From Sphagnum compactum (lineage: Eukaryota): a DNA stretch of 64,000 bases. Position 1 is the stretch's first letter. Each line of letters opens with the position of its first letter. The notes under the pieces are model-generated. The model saw only the letters and a program-made list of their open reading frames with translations. It was not told where the DNA came from and searched no databases. Shown one piece after another: positions 51,400 through 64,000 of the stretch. Location of the stretch: positions 1,550,001-1,614,000 of the forward strand of contig OZ234494.1 of NCBI GenBank assembly GCA_965153455.1, read 5' to 3'. A program made the position numbers and the translations under genes.

Positions 51400-54300
51400 T
51401 AATTGTTGCCCCTAAAGTTTCCTGCACAATGCCACTTAGAAGAACACATGGTTTTTATGTGCCCAAAGCTTATCAACTCAAGGCCAAAATGTGTTAAATG
51501 TAATGGGGGGCACAAAAGAGATAACTATGGCCAAGTAAATGTTCTTTTTGTTTTGGTTTGGGACATATGGAAGAAGGGTGTTAGAAGAAAAATGGCAAGG
51601 TCTTGCATTTATTGCAAACTTTCTTGAAGTTATAGTTAATGATGAGGCAACTTTGTTTGAACATAATAGGTTGTGTAGTGCAAACCATGATGTGTTTTCT
51701 AAAGATAGGAAGCCAAAGAGAAGGCTTTTAATAACATCATTTTCTTAAGAAGAAAGAATATTAGATGAAGTAACGGAGGAAACTAAGGAAGTAAGGTATG
51801 TTAGAGTCAAACCTACTATAAGATCAAAGATCTTTTCCCATTTCATTAAGGGAATTTTTTTGACACCCATGGAAACCATTTTGATTATTCCAAGATAATT
51901 CGAATATTTGGAAAGCCTTGTTAAATTTCTTAAAAAAGAAACAAAAATAGAGGCAAACAATGCTTAGGTCTTTAATGGTGATCTTAAGGGGATCTTGCAA
52001 AATTTGGAGGCCAAGATTGAAGGACTAAATGACCATGGGATGGATCTGATGGTACAGAAAGAAGCACCAAAGAAAATGATTAACCTTATCTTACAAGATC
52101 AATATCAAAATTTTCTGGATAGGCAATTTAATGCAGAAGATGACTTCTTTAATTGGATCCAATGGGTTGATGATGAAAAAATCAAAGGATTGTGTGATTT
52201 TTTTGCAAAGACTTTGAATCCTTACCGCACCTTTTCTTTGTACATGTTGTTGAAGTTGACATTTTAGGACAAAACAATGTTATTGTTAAGGAGGGAGATA
52301 AATGCACAAAGATTAGGTTTAAAATTGAGTTGAACACCTCTTTGGACAAAGTGCAAATTGGGGAACTTTAGAAGTTGTTGGAAGAATTCCAAAGCATAAA
52401 AGGGAATTAAGTCATTGTTCTATTGGGGAGCATATGTTTGACACACAAGGTTTATGTCCATGATGCATGACTCTTGGTAAATCATCCTAGTAGGAAAAAA
52501 TTAAAATAAATTGGTAAATTTAAGCTTTGGTTGATTTGGAAAAGATGTGAAAAAACACATTTAAATACACTTGTAAAGTGATTGTGCCAATTAAAAGATG
52601 GTGATAGAACATTTTGTGAAAACTACCATCTTTTTAATTCATAGACAAGATGAGATTCTTTTCCTATGCCTTTAATTGATGATGTTTTGAACAAATTTGA
52701 TACCTAATAATGGTTTATGGCATTAAACCTTTAGTTAGGATTTTAGTAGATTCCCATGGCACCTAAAGGCATTACTATTATCATCACCAAATTATGTCTA
52801 TACAAATGGCAATTTGGGTTGAAAAATGCCACAAGTTTTTTTTTCTCATGCCATGGCGAAAATCTTCAAGGAATGGGCCAATTAATTTTTAAAGGTTTTT
52901 GGTCATGATGTCAATATCCATAACAAGAGATGGTAAGATCACTTGTAATACATTAGGATGGTATTTTAAAAATTAAAGGAACTACATTTGAAACTAAATC
53001 TTGGTAAATGATGTGTTGGGTTAACAAAAAACAATTATGACATGTTGTGAATAGGGAAGGTTCACATTCTAATCTTAAAAAGGTTATAGCAATTGAAGGT
53101 TTTCCAATTTCAAAAACAATGACTAATGTGCAAGTGTTTTTGGGTTTGGTGGGATACTACAAGAAATTCATACTTGGATATGCCAAGATTGTTGGGCCTT
53201 TGTTTGAGTTAACAAAGAAAGACCACAAGTTTAGTTGGACATTGATTTGCCGTATAGCTTTTGCTATTTAAAAAAAGAGTTTAGTTGAAGCCCTTATTTT
53301 TGAGAGATAAGATTTTAATCAATCTTTTATCTTGGATGTTAATAATCTATCAAAGGAGTGGGCCTCATTTTGTCATAGAAATTTGGAAAGCAAAATTAAG
53401 TTATTGTTTATGGCAACAAAGGATTTTCACTAATATATAAAAGAGATTTCACCCCATGGAGGGTGAATGTTATGCCTTAATTTGGGGCTTAATATATTTT
53501 GGCAACATCTATAGTAGACATTTTTTCATTTAAGAACATATCACAAGCCATTGGAATGGCTTGTGATTGTTTTTAATGCTTATGGAAGGAGAGGTCATTG
53601 GATTGCGATGTTGCAAAACTTTTATTCAAAAATTATTCATCATTTTGGTGCCAAACATGCCAACATTGATGCACTAAATAGGAATTTGGTAAGTATGTCC
53701 AAGGAAAACATGAAGACTTTGGGAATAAAATTCAAGATTTCAAATGAATCCAAAGAAGCTTGTGGCAGCAATCTAAATTGTACATTGTGAAGGACAAGAT
53801 AAATAGGTATGTGGCAGGTGAGCTTATCATTAACCTATTTATTTTATTATAGGAAGTTGTAGAAGACGCTAACATCTTTAAAAATCAAGAAGGGGGAAAA
53901 AAAAAAAAATTGCTAATGGAAAACCAAGAAGAAATGAAAGTTATCAAGTAGGTAAGTGGAAGAATGACTCAAGAGAAATGTTGGTAATAAATTTATAATG
54001 CACAAAAATGAAGAGATGTGAAACATAAACATCTAGAAAAGTGAGTTATTTATGACTTTACCCACTAGAGGTATGTTGAACCCTAATTTACATCCTTCTT
54101 CTAAAATCAAGAAGGCAAAAAATGTGTGATGAAGTATCATTGGCTAGTGGACACATTGTATTTCTAGAATTTGGTTGTTCCCAAACCTAAAGGAAGAAAG
54201 GAGGTGATTGAAAAGATGCACAATGAAATTGAGCATTTTGGAAAATCAAAGACTTTAGTTGAAGCAAAAAGGAGATTTTTTGGTATGAAAAAATAAGACT

Positions 54301-55260
54301 ATCAAAAAGTTGGTTAGAATTTGTGATAAATGTCAAGTGGTTAAGTAATTTGGTGATTTGCAATTTGGAGTTAAGGAAATGAAAAACATATTTGTATACA
54401 ATTTATGTTATCATATAATTCTTAATTTGACAAGTCCATTGCTAGAATCAATGGAAGGAAACAAGTATGTATTGGTTGCAATTGACCATTATTCCAGTAT
54501 TCCAAATGGTGGGAAACTTGTCTAGTGAAAGAACACAACACATTTACTACAACCAAGTTTTAAAAACCATAGATCATTTGCAAGTTTGGTGTTCTTTAGC
54601 TCATCTTAATTGAAAGTGAGAGTGAATGAATGAAAGAATTTGATGTAATGTATTAGAATTATGACATTACTCATCAATTTGTTAATGGGATAGTGGAATG
54701 ATTAATGTAGATGATAAAACATGTATTAACAATTTGTTAGCTTCTAACATATAGGGATGGGATATGTATCTACCTAGGATTCTTTTGGGGTACCACTATG
54801 GCATCCAAACAAGAACAACATTTTCCATTGTGGTGTTCAATGGGTATACCCCACACTTTATTACTAACAACAATTGAACGGGTTTTGTGATGTTTTCTAT
54901 GAACATGATTCATGGTAGAACATATGGTGTGTAAAATGCATTTTATTACAAATATTCACAAGTCCTAACTACTTGAAAATGTAGAGCAAACATAGATGAA
55001 ACAACAAAAAGTCTATGCAACTTGCAAGGGACTTCAAATATTTGTTAGGTTTTCTTAATACGATATTAAGGTGAAAATGTGCAAACTTAGGAGGAAAAGA
55101 TCATTGACTAGAAATTGGGAAAGACCCTATGTTTTTGTGGGGTAAAAAGATTGAAAAGGCTTTAGGGAACATGATGAAGGTGATAGGATTTGTGTGACCA
55201 AAGATTTGAATGAAAGCATTGGGAAAAACCATGAGGGATTTTTAAATTTACCATTTTTTG
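51400..55260 (+). mobile_element. Decayed Ty3/gypsy retrotransposon (gag knuckle, RT, RNase H, integrase)
   Basis: KCVKCNGGH (~51490), DSFPMPLIDDV (~52655), VQVFLGLVGYYKKFILGYAKIVGPL (~53130), EGECYALIWG (~53460), GAKHANIDALNR (~53650), GNKYVLVAIDHYS (~54460). The RT-RH-IN order is gypsy. LTRs not recognised. Confidence 0.85.
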
Positions 55261-56299
55261 TCTTAAGGTGGAATCTATCAAGACATAATTTTTTAAAGGA
55301 TGGAATGGTGACAAATGTGATGTGGAATGGTGGTTGGGGAATTTTTAACAAGTGAAAACAGTGTTTCAAGATTATTTGACCTAACTAGATGAAAAAAAAA
55401 TGGAGATGGTGAAAGGAGGAAAGTGAAAATGATTTTGGTGGTTCGAATGATCAAGGTGCGTGGAAAGGATTAAGGAAAGATCCATGGAAACTAAGGAGAA
55501 CATGTGCATCATTTTAGATTTTTTTTCCAGATTACATTTGGTGTGTTATTTGTTCGTAGGTGAATGCATGATGACAATGTATTGGTGTTTTTCTCATATG
55601 TTTTCACATGTAATCATAATCAAATGAGCCAACAGTGACAAAAGACTCAATAGAAAATGGGCCCTTTGTGGTCATTTTGATTTTTTCATATAAAGGAATT
55701 TTTGAAATTGGTTTTTTGCAACATGTTTTTAAAAATATTTATAATTCCCCCAATAAGTTACAAGATTTTTCTTCACTCTTTTTGAATAAACACGAATTGT
55801 CTAAAAGTGTAAAAATTCTACCGAATTCTATGTTTCATCTTGAAAAATGATCATAACTTCAAATCATGTTAAAATATGCTAACTACTTTAAGTTTTAGTT
55901 TTTTGTATCATAAGGCACAACTTTGTTCATACATAGTATGACATTTGGCAAATGACTTTTGAAATTTGAACATTCTGAATTAAATTTTTAAATTTTTAAA
56001 TTTTCCAATACATAATTTTTAAATTATGAATGTTTTTCAAATGTGGATATTAGGTTATGATCATTTCATTTTTTTTCCCCATCAAAATTTCTTTATTAAA
56101 ATATTCCTTAACCTAATGTTCTATAAAATTGACTTATTGATGTCAAAATTCAAAAGTCTTTTATTAAAACCAAAAACCAATTTATTAAATTAAATCATTG
56201 AGAAAATCTTCGACACTCATATAAATCATTTAACACAAATTTCTTTGATCAACATGACATGAAAGTGGCATTACATAAATATGTGTGATAAAATTGACA

Positions 56300-58300
56300 A
56301 TTTTTTGGTCTCCAACATGGTTTCTAGCTCATTTGACAATGATTGCACCCTTTCAATGTTTTGTTCATGAAGTTAATTATGTGTTGTGTTTTAGTAATGG
56401 ATGGCTTGTTGGTTTTGTTGTGAAACTTTGTGATGTCTGGCAATGGTGGTTATCAATTTACTACTAGGTTGTCACATTTTTTTTTGTTATTTATGAAGGT
56501 GATGCATTTGGTGATGTGTTCCAAGATAAATGGAAATGGAGAATTGGCAAAAAATGATAGGAAGAGTTAAATATCCATGAACTTTTGCATTGTGTTTTTT
56601 AGTTAAAGGTGTGATTGTTGAAAAGAAAAATGTTCACAACATGGTGTCTTTTGTCACTTTAAGTCATGAGTTTTTAAGATTTCCACTGTGTTGGGGAGCT
56701 CTAGGATAGAAAGGCAAAGACATTCATGTGTATGATTAGGTTAAAGGTTTGTTATGGAGATGATGAAAATCCATGGGCACCATTTTGGAGCTAGTTTGTG
56801 ATGACATTGTCATCTCAAGTTCATTATATATGCTTGAGATTTTATAAGCGATTTTGGGTATTTTAAGTGATAGTGGGATTATGGATATGGGAAATGAATG
56901 CTTATACAAATGGGTGCTTTGAGTGGGGTTTTTGTCCACTTCATGGGAATTTAAAATGGGCTACTAAAGCAATTATAATAAAAGTTTTAAGAGATGCAAC
57001 TATTTATGAACCTAAGGGACATCACTTATCACTTGTTAAAACTTCTAAGATTGTGGGTATTTAAAGGAGGATTTATTGTGAGAATTGGGATTTGATATCA
57101 ATGTTTGTTGTTGGCAAGGACATGTCAATGAAAATTGTGAGTCTTGGGTTTTGTCACTCGATAATGCCATGGAAAAGATTCAATAGCTAATGAAAGTAGA
57201 TCTGGAATGATTTGAACCATTAATTACATGTATGTTTTGATGCAAATGATTATAATGGGGAATTCTTTAAGTTCAAATTATAATAAAGTTGAAGCAAAAT
57301 GTTGTAATGTATGTTTTCTTTTTGGTAGATTCATCATGTGTTTAAGCATGATATTGTTTTTGAATTTATGTAAGGATAGGTGGTCAAGCAAATCAAATCT
57401 TCTTCCCCTTTTTTTTGGTAGCAACATAGCTGAACCAAGGGATAAAAACAAAGAGACAAAGTACTATTTTAAGAACCATTCATTCTTTATGAAGTTGCAA
57501 CTTGGGGTAAGCTTTGATTCCCAAAAAGGTAATATTAGCGCATGTCTTGGTTCATACCCCACCCTTAAGGGACACACTATGACCGGACAGGAAGTCAGTT
57601 GGATTTTTTCTCATGTGAACACGACTTTGTTTTAGGGTTTTGGTTTTTGTTTTGAGTGGCCGTCAACTTTCTTCGTGCAGACAGTGGATTTTATGTTGTC
57701 ACTATTTGTTAGTAATTTACAATGACTACTACTTGGAGACTTGTGAGTTTGGGTAGGAAACTTTGTTTGTTTGTGCATTATGTGAAATTAGTCGATAGCA
57801 AGCAATGGGTAGCCAAGGACGCTGCAAACATTCAATGGAGAGGGAAAGTAGGAAGGAGCAAGACGGTGTAAGAAGAGGAGTTCAAAGGCAAATAAGGCAG
57901 GTCTGTTGGTTTTGTTGATTCTGTTGTAAAAGTGTAGAATTGGGAGCTTGTAGAGTTCTGTAATTGTTGTGTTGATTTTCGCTGCACCAATGATTGCATC
58001 ATGGCAAGCTTTATGTTCTTGTTAGATTCTATAAGGGGTCGATGCTGAAGGTTGATGACGCATAAAAGGAGGTCCAAGCTGTAGAAATAAGAACATGTAG
58101 AGGGATACATTTGCATAGTATCTTGGTGAAACCATTTTTCAAATCTAATGAGTAACGCATATGTATGAGTGAGAGCCATAAACCTTAGTGGGGTATCCTT
58201 GGGTTGGGCAGAACACGGGTAACAAAGGAACAGAATGGGAGAATTTATAGAAATTTATCCATAGACCCTTTTTTGCACAGAATTATGTCTCTTCTAAGTG
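56300..58300 (-). mobile_element. Decayed L1-like LINE remnant
   Basis: Minus-strand GAHGFSS (~56770, GPDGF-like) followed by ITPLTKK...PIIF (~56610-56550, ITLIPK..RPISL-like), with an ORF1-like region upstream. Very degenerate. Confidence 0.4.
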
Positions 58301-58878
58301 GTTGCAAGCCAACTTGGCACACATTGCTCATCCTTGGTTCGCACCTAGAAGTCAACATGTTTCTAAAATTAAGCCAAATATTTTTCTGCATTATCTCATA
58401 TGGTAGAGGGATGGTTAGCAGCTCACAATGGTGGACCAATTGAACATTGAGAGCTCTGACCTCAAGCCAGACCCCATTAGCTCATGCACTCACCATGTTT
58501 GGATTTGTTCCTAGCAGTAGCTTGAAGGCTACCACTATAGTAATCTAGCAAAGACTAACATGTATGTGCCATCTGGAGATTCACATGGGTATAGAACATT
58601 ATGTTTTGATAGGACAATAGCACCAAGGGGTTGTAACAATGTCGGATTGGAAGGATGTAAATTGCAAGATTTGTTTCATAGAATTTGCATGTCTACTATG
58701 AGCAATTTGTAATCAGGACATTTTTTGTCTACTCCTTTATTTTTTGGTTACAACACATCCATCCCCTAGCCTTATCAATAGTTTGGTCTTTCCCATACAA
58801 ATGGAAGACATTAATTCAACAATGATTTCTTGTTGTAGTATTATAAAATATTTTCTGTTTTTTTTTCATTTGCCCTTT

Positions 58879-59369
58879 GGGTGCATTTTGGTTAAAATGA
58901 ACCAAACATTAGATAATAAAGTCATTATTTTTTATTTTTCATTTCTAAACTAACTTGGTGTGAATTTTGTGAATGAACTTTCACAATGCTCTTTTTAATA
59001 TATTATGAGAACATTTGGAAAAGTTTGAAATGAATCTCATGATTATGAAATATTGAAAAGCATGTTTAAATGTGTGTAACAAACCACTTGCTTTCACTAC
59101 TTAATGGACTCCTTGAAGGTCTTCAAATTTGTTTCAATAACATATTTGTGAGAATTTTTTAAAAATACCATTACATAATAATATAATGTAATGTCTTCTA
59201 GGGTCATAAATATTTTTAAAAATTTAAAGTTGACATGTAAATTCTGATTTCAAAAATATTTTCTTTAAATGACCAATCATATTTGACCATGTCACTTTAT
59301 TACATTACCCACTCCTTATAAAGATTGGTCAAGTGGGCATTTTTGGTTTGTTTTAATTAAAATACACCC
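58879..59369. mobile_element. Non-autonomous TIR element with 4-bp TSD (CTTT)
   Basis: Left GGGTGCATTTTGGTTAAAATGAACCAAA; right reverse complement GGGTGTATTTTAATTAAAACAAACCAAA. CTTT at 58875-58878 and 59370-59373. Confidence 0.72.
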
Positions 59370-61361
59370 CTTTGTCCAATCCATCTTTTTGAGAAAAAGA
59401 TGGATGATACCTAGACACAAAATTTGTGTCCAGGTAGCTCAAGAATCATCATGCACATCTTGTTGGGCAATTGGGTAGCTAGGGAAAAAAGAAGAAGCCA
59501 TTGCTTTTGTGATATTTGCAATAAGGTCCTATTGCTCATTTAACATCCTCATGCAAATGAACCCATGGTATTACTATGCCATTTGAGCTTTGCACAAAGG
59601 AAGTTAATGTTTGCATTCATGACTTGGCATTGGCATTTCAATGAACGTTTGTGAGTTTCTCACTTTTCAGTCTCCAACAAGAAGAACTCTCATTAGGTGT
59701 AGTCATATCCCCTTTGCACTACGGATTAAAAAGCCCATGACCATTGAAATAAAATGACCTTGATTGAAAGAAAAGGTTTGCCAAGGTACAAGTTCACTTT
59801 ACACAAAGGTTGAATGTCTAAAGAACCAAAACAATGTGAATGACTGAAAAGTTGACATGGAATCATAAGTGGTTGAATATGAATAATGTTTCATGGTTTA
59901 ACGGACTTCACAAATAGGTTTGCTTAGTGCAAAGTCTATTACATCATGAATCCAAAAAACCATGATTGGTCAGAAAAGTTTTTTAAATGATTTTTATTTT
60001 TAAAAAATCACTGTGAAATTCAAAGAAATAATGAGGGAAACATTGGTGACTTCCCTTTAAATTTTGTTACCCTAATTTGCCCAGGTTGACCTAATCCAAA
60101 TCCAAATTTTTAAGCCCTAAGACCCTTTGCCACTTTCCCCATCACCATGGCTTGCAATTCTTTCACCTATGGGAATAAGGTATGGGCTCAACACTAGATT
60201 TGTATATATGGTTTTCAGTGTGTAGCCAAAAATATAGAAGGATGATGAAGTTTTGTACTTCATATATGGTTTATGGCTAAATCTTCCTATGGATGATCGC
60301 CACTTTGGCTTAAAAACAAAATTTCCTTAAATAATACTGCTCACCATAATGTATAGAGAGGGCATTATAACAATACTGAAACCTAAAATCTAGTAACATG
60401 AATTCCATCTGCAGTTGTCCTTTTATACAGTCAGGCTCCCCTTAACCAAGCGCTCTCTCCAATAAATCTGGCAAGTTTTGGAGCTGAGAATCAGGTCCAG
60501 AGAATTCCGGACTTCACACAAACTGGCAACATTCAACTACCTCCAAGTGCATAAGTGTGTGACCACACTGACCATGTCTTCCAGCGTCAGTGGAAATTCG
60601 AATCTACTGAAGAGATACATGTAAGTTATTACTCAGTGCTCACCTATGTACTCACTGAACTGTTCATAATTCTACCTGCAACTACAAAGATGCTTGGACC
60701 TATGATGGATGGTAAGTGGTCAGGAAACAGTTCTCTGTTGGGTTCCAGTCCCCTATTAGCTAACCATGGTGGTTGGGTTGCTTTGTTTTACTACCTACCT
60801 ATTAACAACAACCCACAAGCAGATTGTTAGTACATAGGTAGTAAAAACAGCCCTTACCTATGTACAATCCATCTACTTATGTTGTAAAACCTATTTTCTG
60901 ACCTATCTATCTTTCTATATATATGAACTGCTACTACTTATTACAGAATGTGTTAGCAGGGTGAAATCAAATATTTACTCAGTTGAGGTTCTTTCACAAC
61001 TGAGTAGTTGTAACGGGCATCATCCAGTGAATGGTGTGCTGGTGGATGCTGGTTTACTCTGGCCCATTCAATCAATCAATGAACCATCTGAAGTTCCTAT
61101 TTGAGGTAATTGGAGCTCCTTGCTTTTGAACAACCAGGCCAGTAAAGTACTCTCTCTTTTTGCAAAGTGAACCACATAATTTACTTAGAAATGACACTGT
61201 TCACTCGGACTGCAAACTCAGAAGAGAGTGCAGGGCAGATTGACTTAAAACAGAGAAAGTGCCTGACTGAGCAAAGGGTTCCAACAAATAGAACATGCTT
61301 CACAGCTTTGCTTTCACCTGGGCTGTGGGTGGTCTCTTTTGTACTAGGATTGACTTCACAT

Positions 61362-61550
61362 CAGTGTTTTTTTTTAAAAGAATTTTTGTTTGTAGCCAAA
61401 GTGGCATAGAAAAAAGTGGTGACCATCTTTGGAAAGATTTAGCCACATCTGGCTCAAAACCGACCGTATATGACATACAAATCTTTAATCATTCTTCTAT
61501 ATTTTGGCTACACTAAAAACCAAGTAATAAAAATCTGACGACTTTTTACT
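61362..61550 (+). repeat. Abundant short interspersed repeat (CAGTGTTT...TAGCCAAA...TTTGGCTA family); related copies at ~11645-11840, ~45385-45500, ~47733-47820, ~60205-60339
   Basis: Shared motifs TGTAGCCAAAGTGG, GATCATCC, TAGCCAAATTTGGCTA and CAGT(G/A)TT ends. Confidence 0.6.
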
Positions 61551-61880
61551 ACCTTTAACTTAATTCAGCTGCCAGCCACTAGTTGCTGCTGACAGAGGGA
61601 TAAACTGGAAACACATTCAACTGCCCTTCCAGTATAAGACCACAACATTTTGCCATGTCCCAAGTCCAGATTCTCAACTAATAGTGTACTGGTTTGGCAT
61701 CAACTGTTAAAACAGTACCAGCTTGGTCCCGATACTCATATCACCTCTATAAACTTGCATGGTATTCAACCAGACATTCAGTTATCTGGGACTCAGGATG
61801 TGCACCGGAGAGGGATGAAACTGCCCATAAGGGGGTCCAATAGGGGTCAAAAATTAGGTAGGTATTAAAATTTTACATTA

Positions 61881-62001
61881 ATCTGCCTTGGGTGCTGCAC
61901 TCAGGACCAAACTAGTTTGAGCTCCTCCTAGGTGGATGTGCTCCCGCTGGTTAAGAGGTGCTCAAACTAGTTTGGTCCCGACTCTGAAGCCCAAGGCAAA
62001 T
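61881..62001. repeat. Compact imperfect hairpin (~120 nt)
   Basis: GGACCAAACTAGTTTGAGC (61904-61922) has a perfect inverse at 61960-61978. The outer pair is TGCCTTGGG/CCCAAGGCA. Confidence 0.85.
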
Positions 62002-64000
62002 CTTGAGGTAGGCAGCCCTCCTCCATTTGCCAACACACTTTCAATAGTATCACATTCAATCATTTGATCATCTTTTCTTCAGACAAGGCCCAATGATAGG
62101 AATATTTGAATAGACCCTAACAAAAGGCATCAAATTCAGAGTAAAAATTCCATGAACTTATACCATTTTGCACTTGGTTAACATATGCAAACCACTAGTG
62201 CTTGGACATTTGGAGAGGTATCATTGCATCACAAAATGATTTTCCTTAATAGTATGTGAGGGCCTGACTATCCAACTAGAAGGGAAAAAGTTCCAGAATT
62301 TGGCGTTAGTTATGTATCACTATCCTCGGTTGTTATGTAATACATGAGACTATGCAAATTCAAAAGATGTGCAGGGCAAGGATACATTTCATCTATGTCC
62401 CTATTGCAAAACCCAAGCCCAAGAATGATGGATTATGCAACACAACGCCCACCATCAATGGGAATCCTATTATGACTGAGTTGTGGTTTAGAACTCAGCT
62501 ACCAAAGTCTCCACCTTGGTCTTGGTACCATATCATGTAAACCCTACAACTTCATTTCCCCTACTTAGGTAAAAGTATCATATATAAGTATGTAGGGAAT
62601 ATAAGAGGTTACTATGTAAGTAGGCATCAAGACAAGGCACTTGGTGGCTACTAGATAGGTTGATAGGCAGCACTAAGCTAACCATCTTGCTTTAGCAATG
62701 GGACAGGAATATGGAGAAAAAAGTGTTTCCTATCCACACACCACCTGTCCTGCATGCTGTGTAGCAAGTACTTGTTCACCTTGACCAAGAATGATCAACA
62801 ATAAAAGGGTAATTACGTCTATAATCAAACAATATCTTGTCATTCAACACTTATTTTATTTTCTTGGGTTCTTGTTTCTATTTTTTTGAGAGATCTCATG
62901 CTCATGGGTGTGCCAAGCAAAGGTTTACAAAATATCTTTGACTTCTAAAAATAAGGGAGCAACAATGTTTTGTCCAAAGAAAAAAAAGTTAAATCTTTCT
63001 ATGGTTGATGATGACACGCTCAAAAGTAAAGAAGTAATGTAGCAACTGGTTTGGTGCTTTTTCCACTAGTGCTTTAACGAAGGTTTGTAGCATCATTTAA
63101 GTAAATACAGATTAAAATAGTAAAACATAAGCTTGTAATATGACAACGCCTAATTCTAAACCTTGTATGGAGAAAGATTTCCTGCTTAGATGCTTTCAGG
63201 AGTTCTTCTATACCAACTTAGCTACCTTTTTAAATTTTATATCTTCCTCATTTTTTTGTCCGTTTTGAATGATTTATAGAGTTGTGTGTCAGCTAAAACT
63301 TTGCAAAACCTCTTTGAACTCCATACATAATAAAACAATGTTCAAAGATCTTAAACACCAAAACATAAATTGTTTTAACTATGTATGTGTTCAGTCATAG
63401 GCTTGGTTATCTTAAGTACCCCCAAGTGATAATGGGGGTATTAGCCAATGTTGGAAATAATGACAAATAATTTTGAAAATTGGAATTTCATGCAACCAAT
63501 GAGAAGGCTCAAGATGCATTCGATGAGCTCAGTTTTTTTCTTTTGAATTTTGAGCAGGGAGGGGGCATGATTTTGTTTTCTTATTTGTTCCCAATGTGTT
63601 CCCATTGAGTCCCCAAAGTATTTCCATCAAGTTCCCAAAGGGTTCTAAGATGTTCTCACTTCAATTTTATCCCATATTATTTAGTCACAATTCAATACTC
63701 ATGTATATAAAATGTAAAGGGTGCCAAAGGGAAGCAATTCTATGATCTGATTTTGGGAAGTGAAGCATTTTTAGGTTTCTATGTTGGGAGGCATGCCCAC
63801 TGTTTTAGGAAAAATTCATGATGGGCCAATCAACCTGGTTTAACAGTTTCATTATAAACTATGGGTATTTATTGGGGATGAAGGTGAATAAGTATTTCAA
63901 AAGATGACTAGGGAATAATGGTATGATATTGGTATCAACATTTTTTTAAGGTTTGTGAAATTTTGAACATGTGGCTTTTATTAAGTTAAAATTTGTGCAC

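Noticed and set aside
61147-61237. miR529/miR156-like sequence (GTACTCTCTCTTTT ... AGAAGAGAGTGCAG)
   Set aside because: Several mismatches to the mature miRNAs and the pairing is too short for a precursor.

Overview
Eukaryotic, AT-rich, repeat-dense plant genomic DNA. Gene style and repeat families suggest a bryophyte, probably a Sphagnum-like moss (inference). Two intact spliced genes lie on the minus strand: a 2-exon SYP1-group (SYP12-like) syntaxin (6288-8260) and an 8-exon MOSC-domain mARC/ARC-like molybdoenzyme gene (33354-36461) with a probable GC-AG intron. The rest is mostly decayed transposons: two hAT remnants, two Ty3/gypsy elements, L1-like remnants and several MITEs. The most notable structures are: (i) a complete ~3.5 kb non-autonomous Helitron (40728-44237, minus) with stacked 3' termini, an 82-bp minisatellite and captured host gene pieces (ADP/ATP carrier exon with its intron, triplicated OPT fragment, an unidentified fragment); (ii) a gag-protease-RT gypsy-type element with split direct repeats (A1...B1-A2-B2) instead of two matching LTRs; (iii) a tandem pair of highly self-complementary ~270-nt units in the syntaxin intron; (iv) a near-perfect 134-bp palindrome upstream of the mARC gene. 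All calls were made by eye, without database searches.
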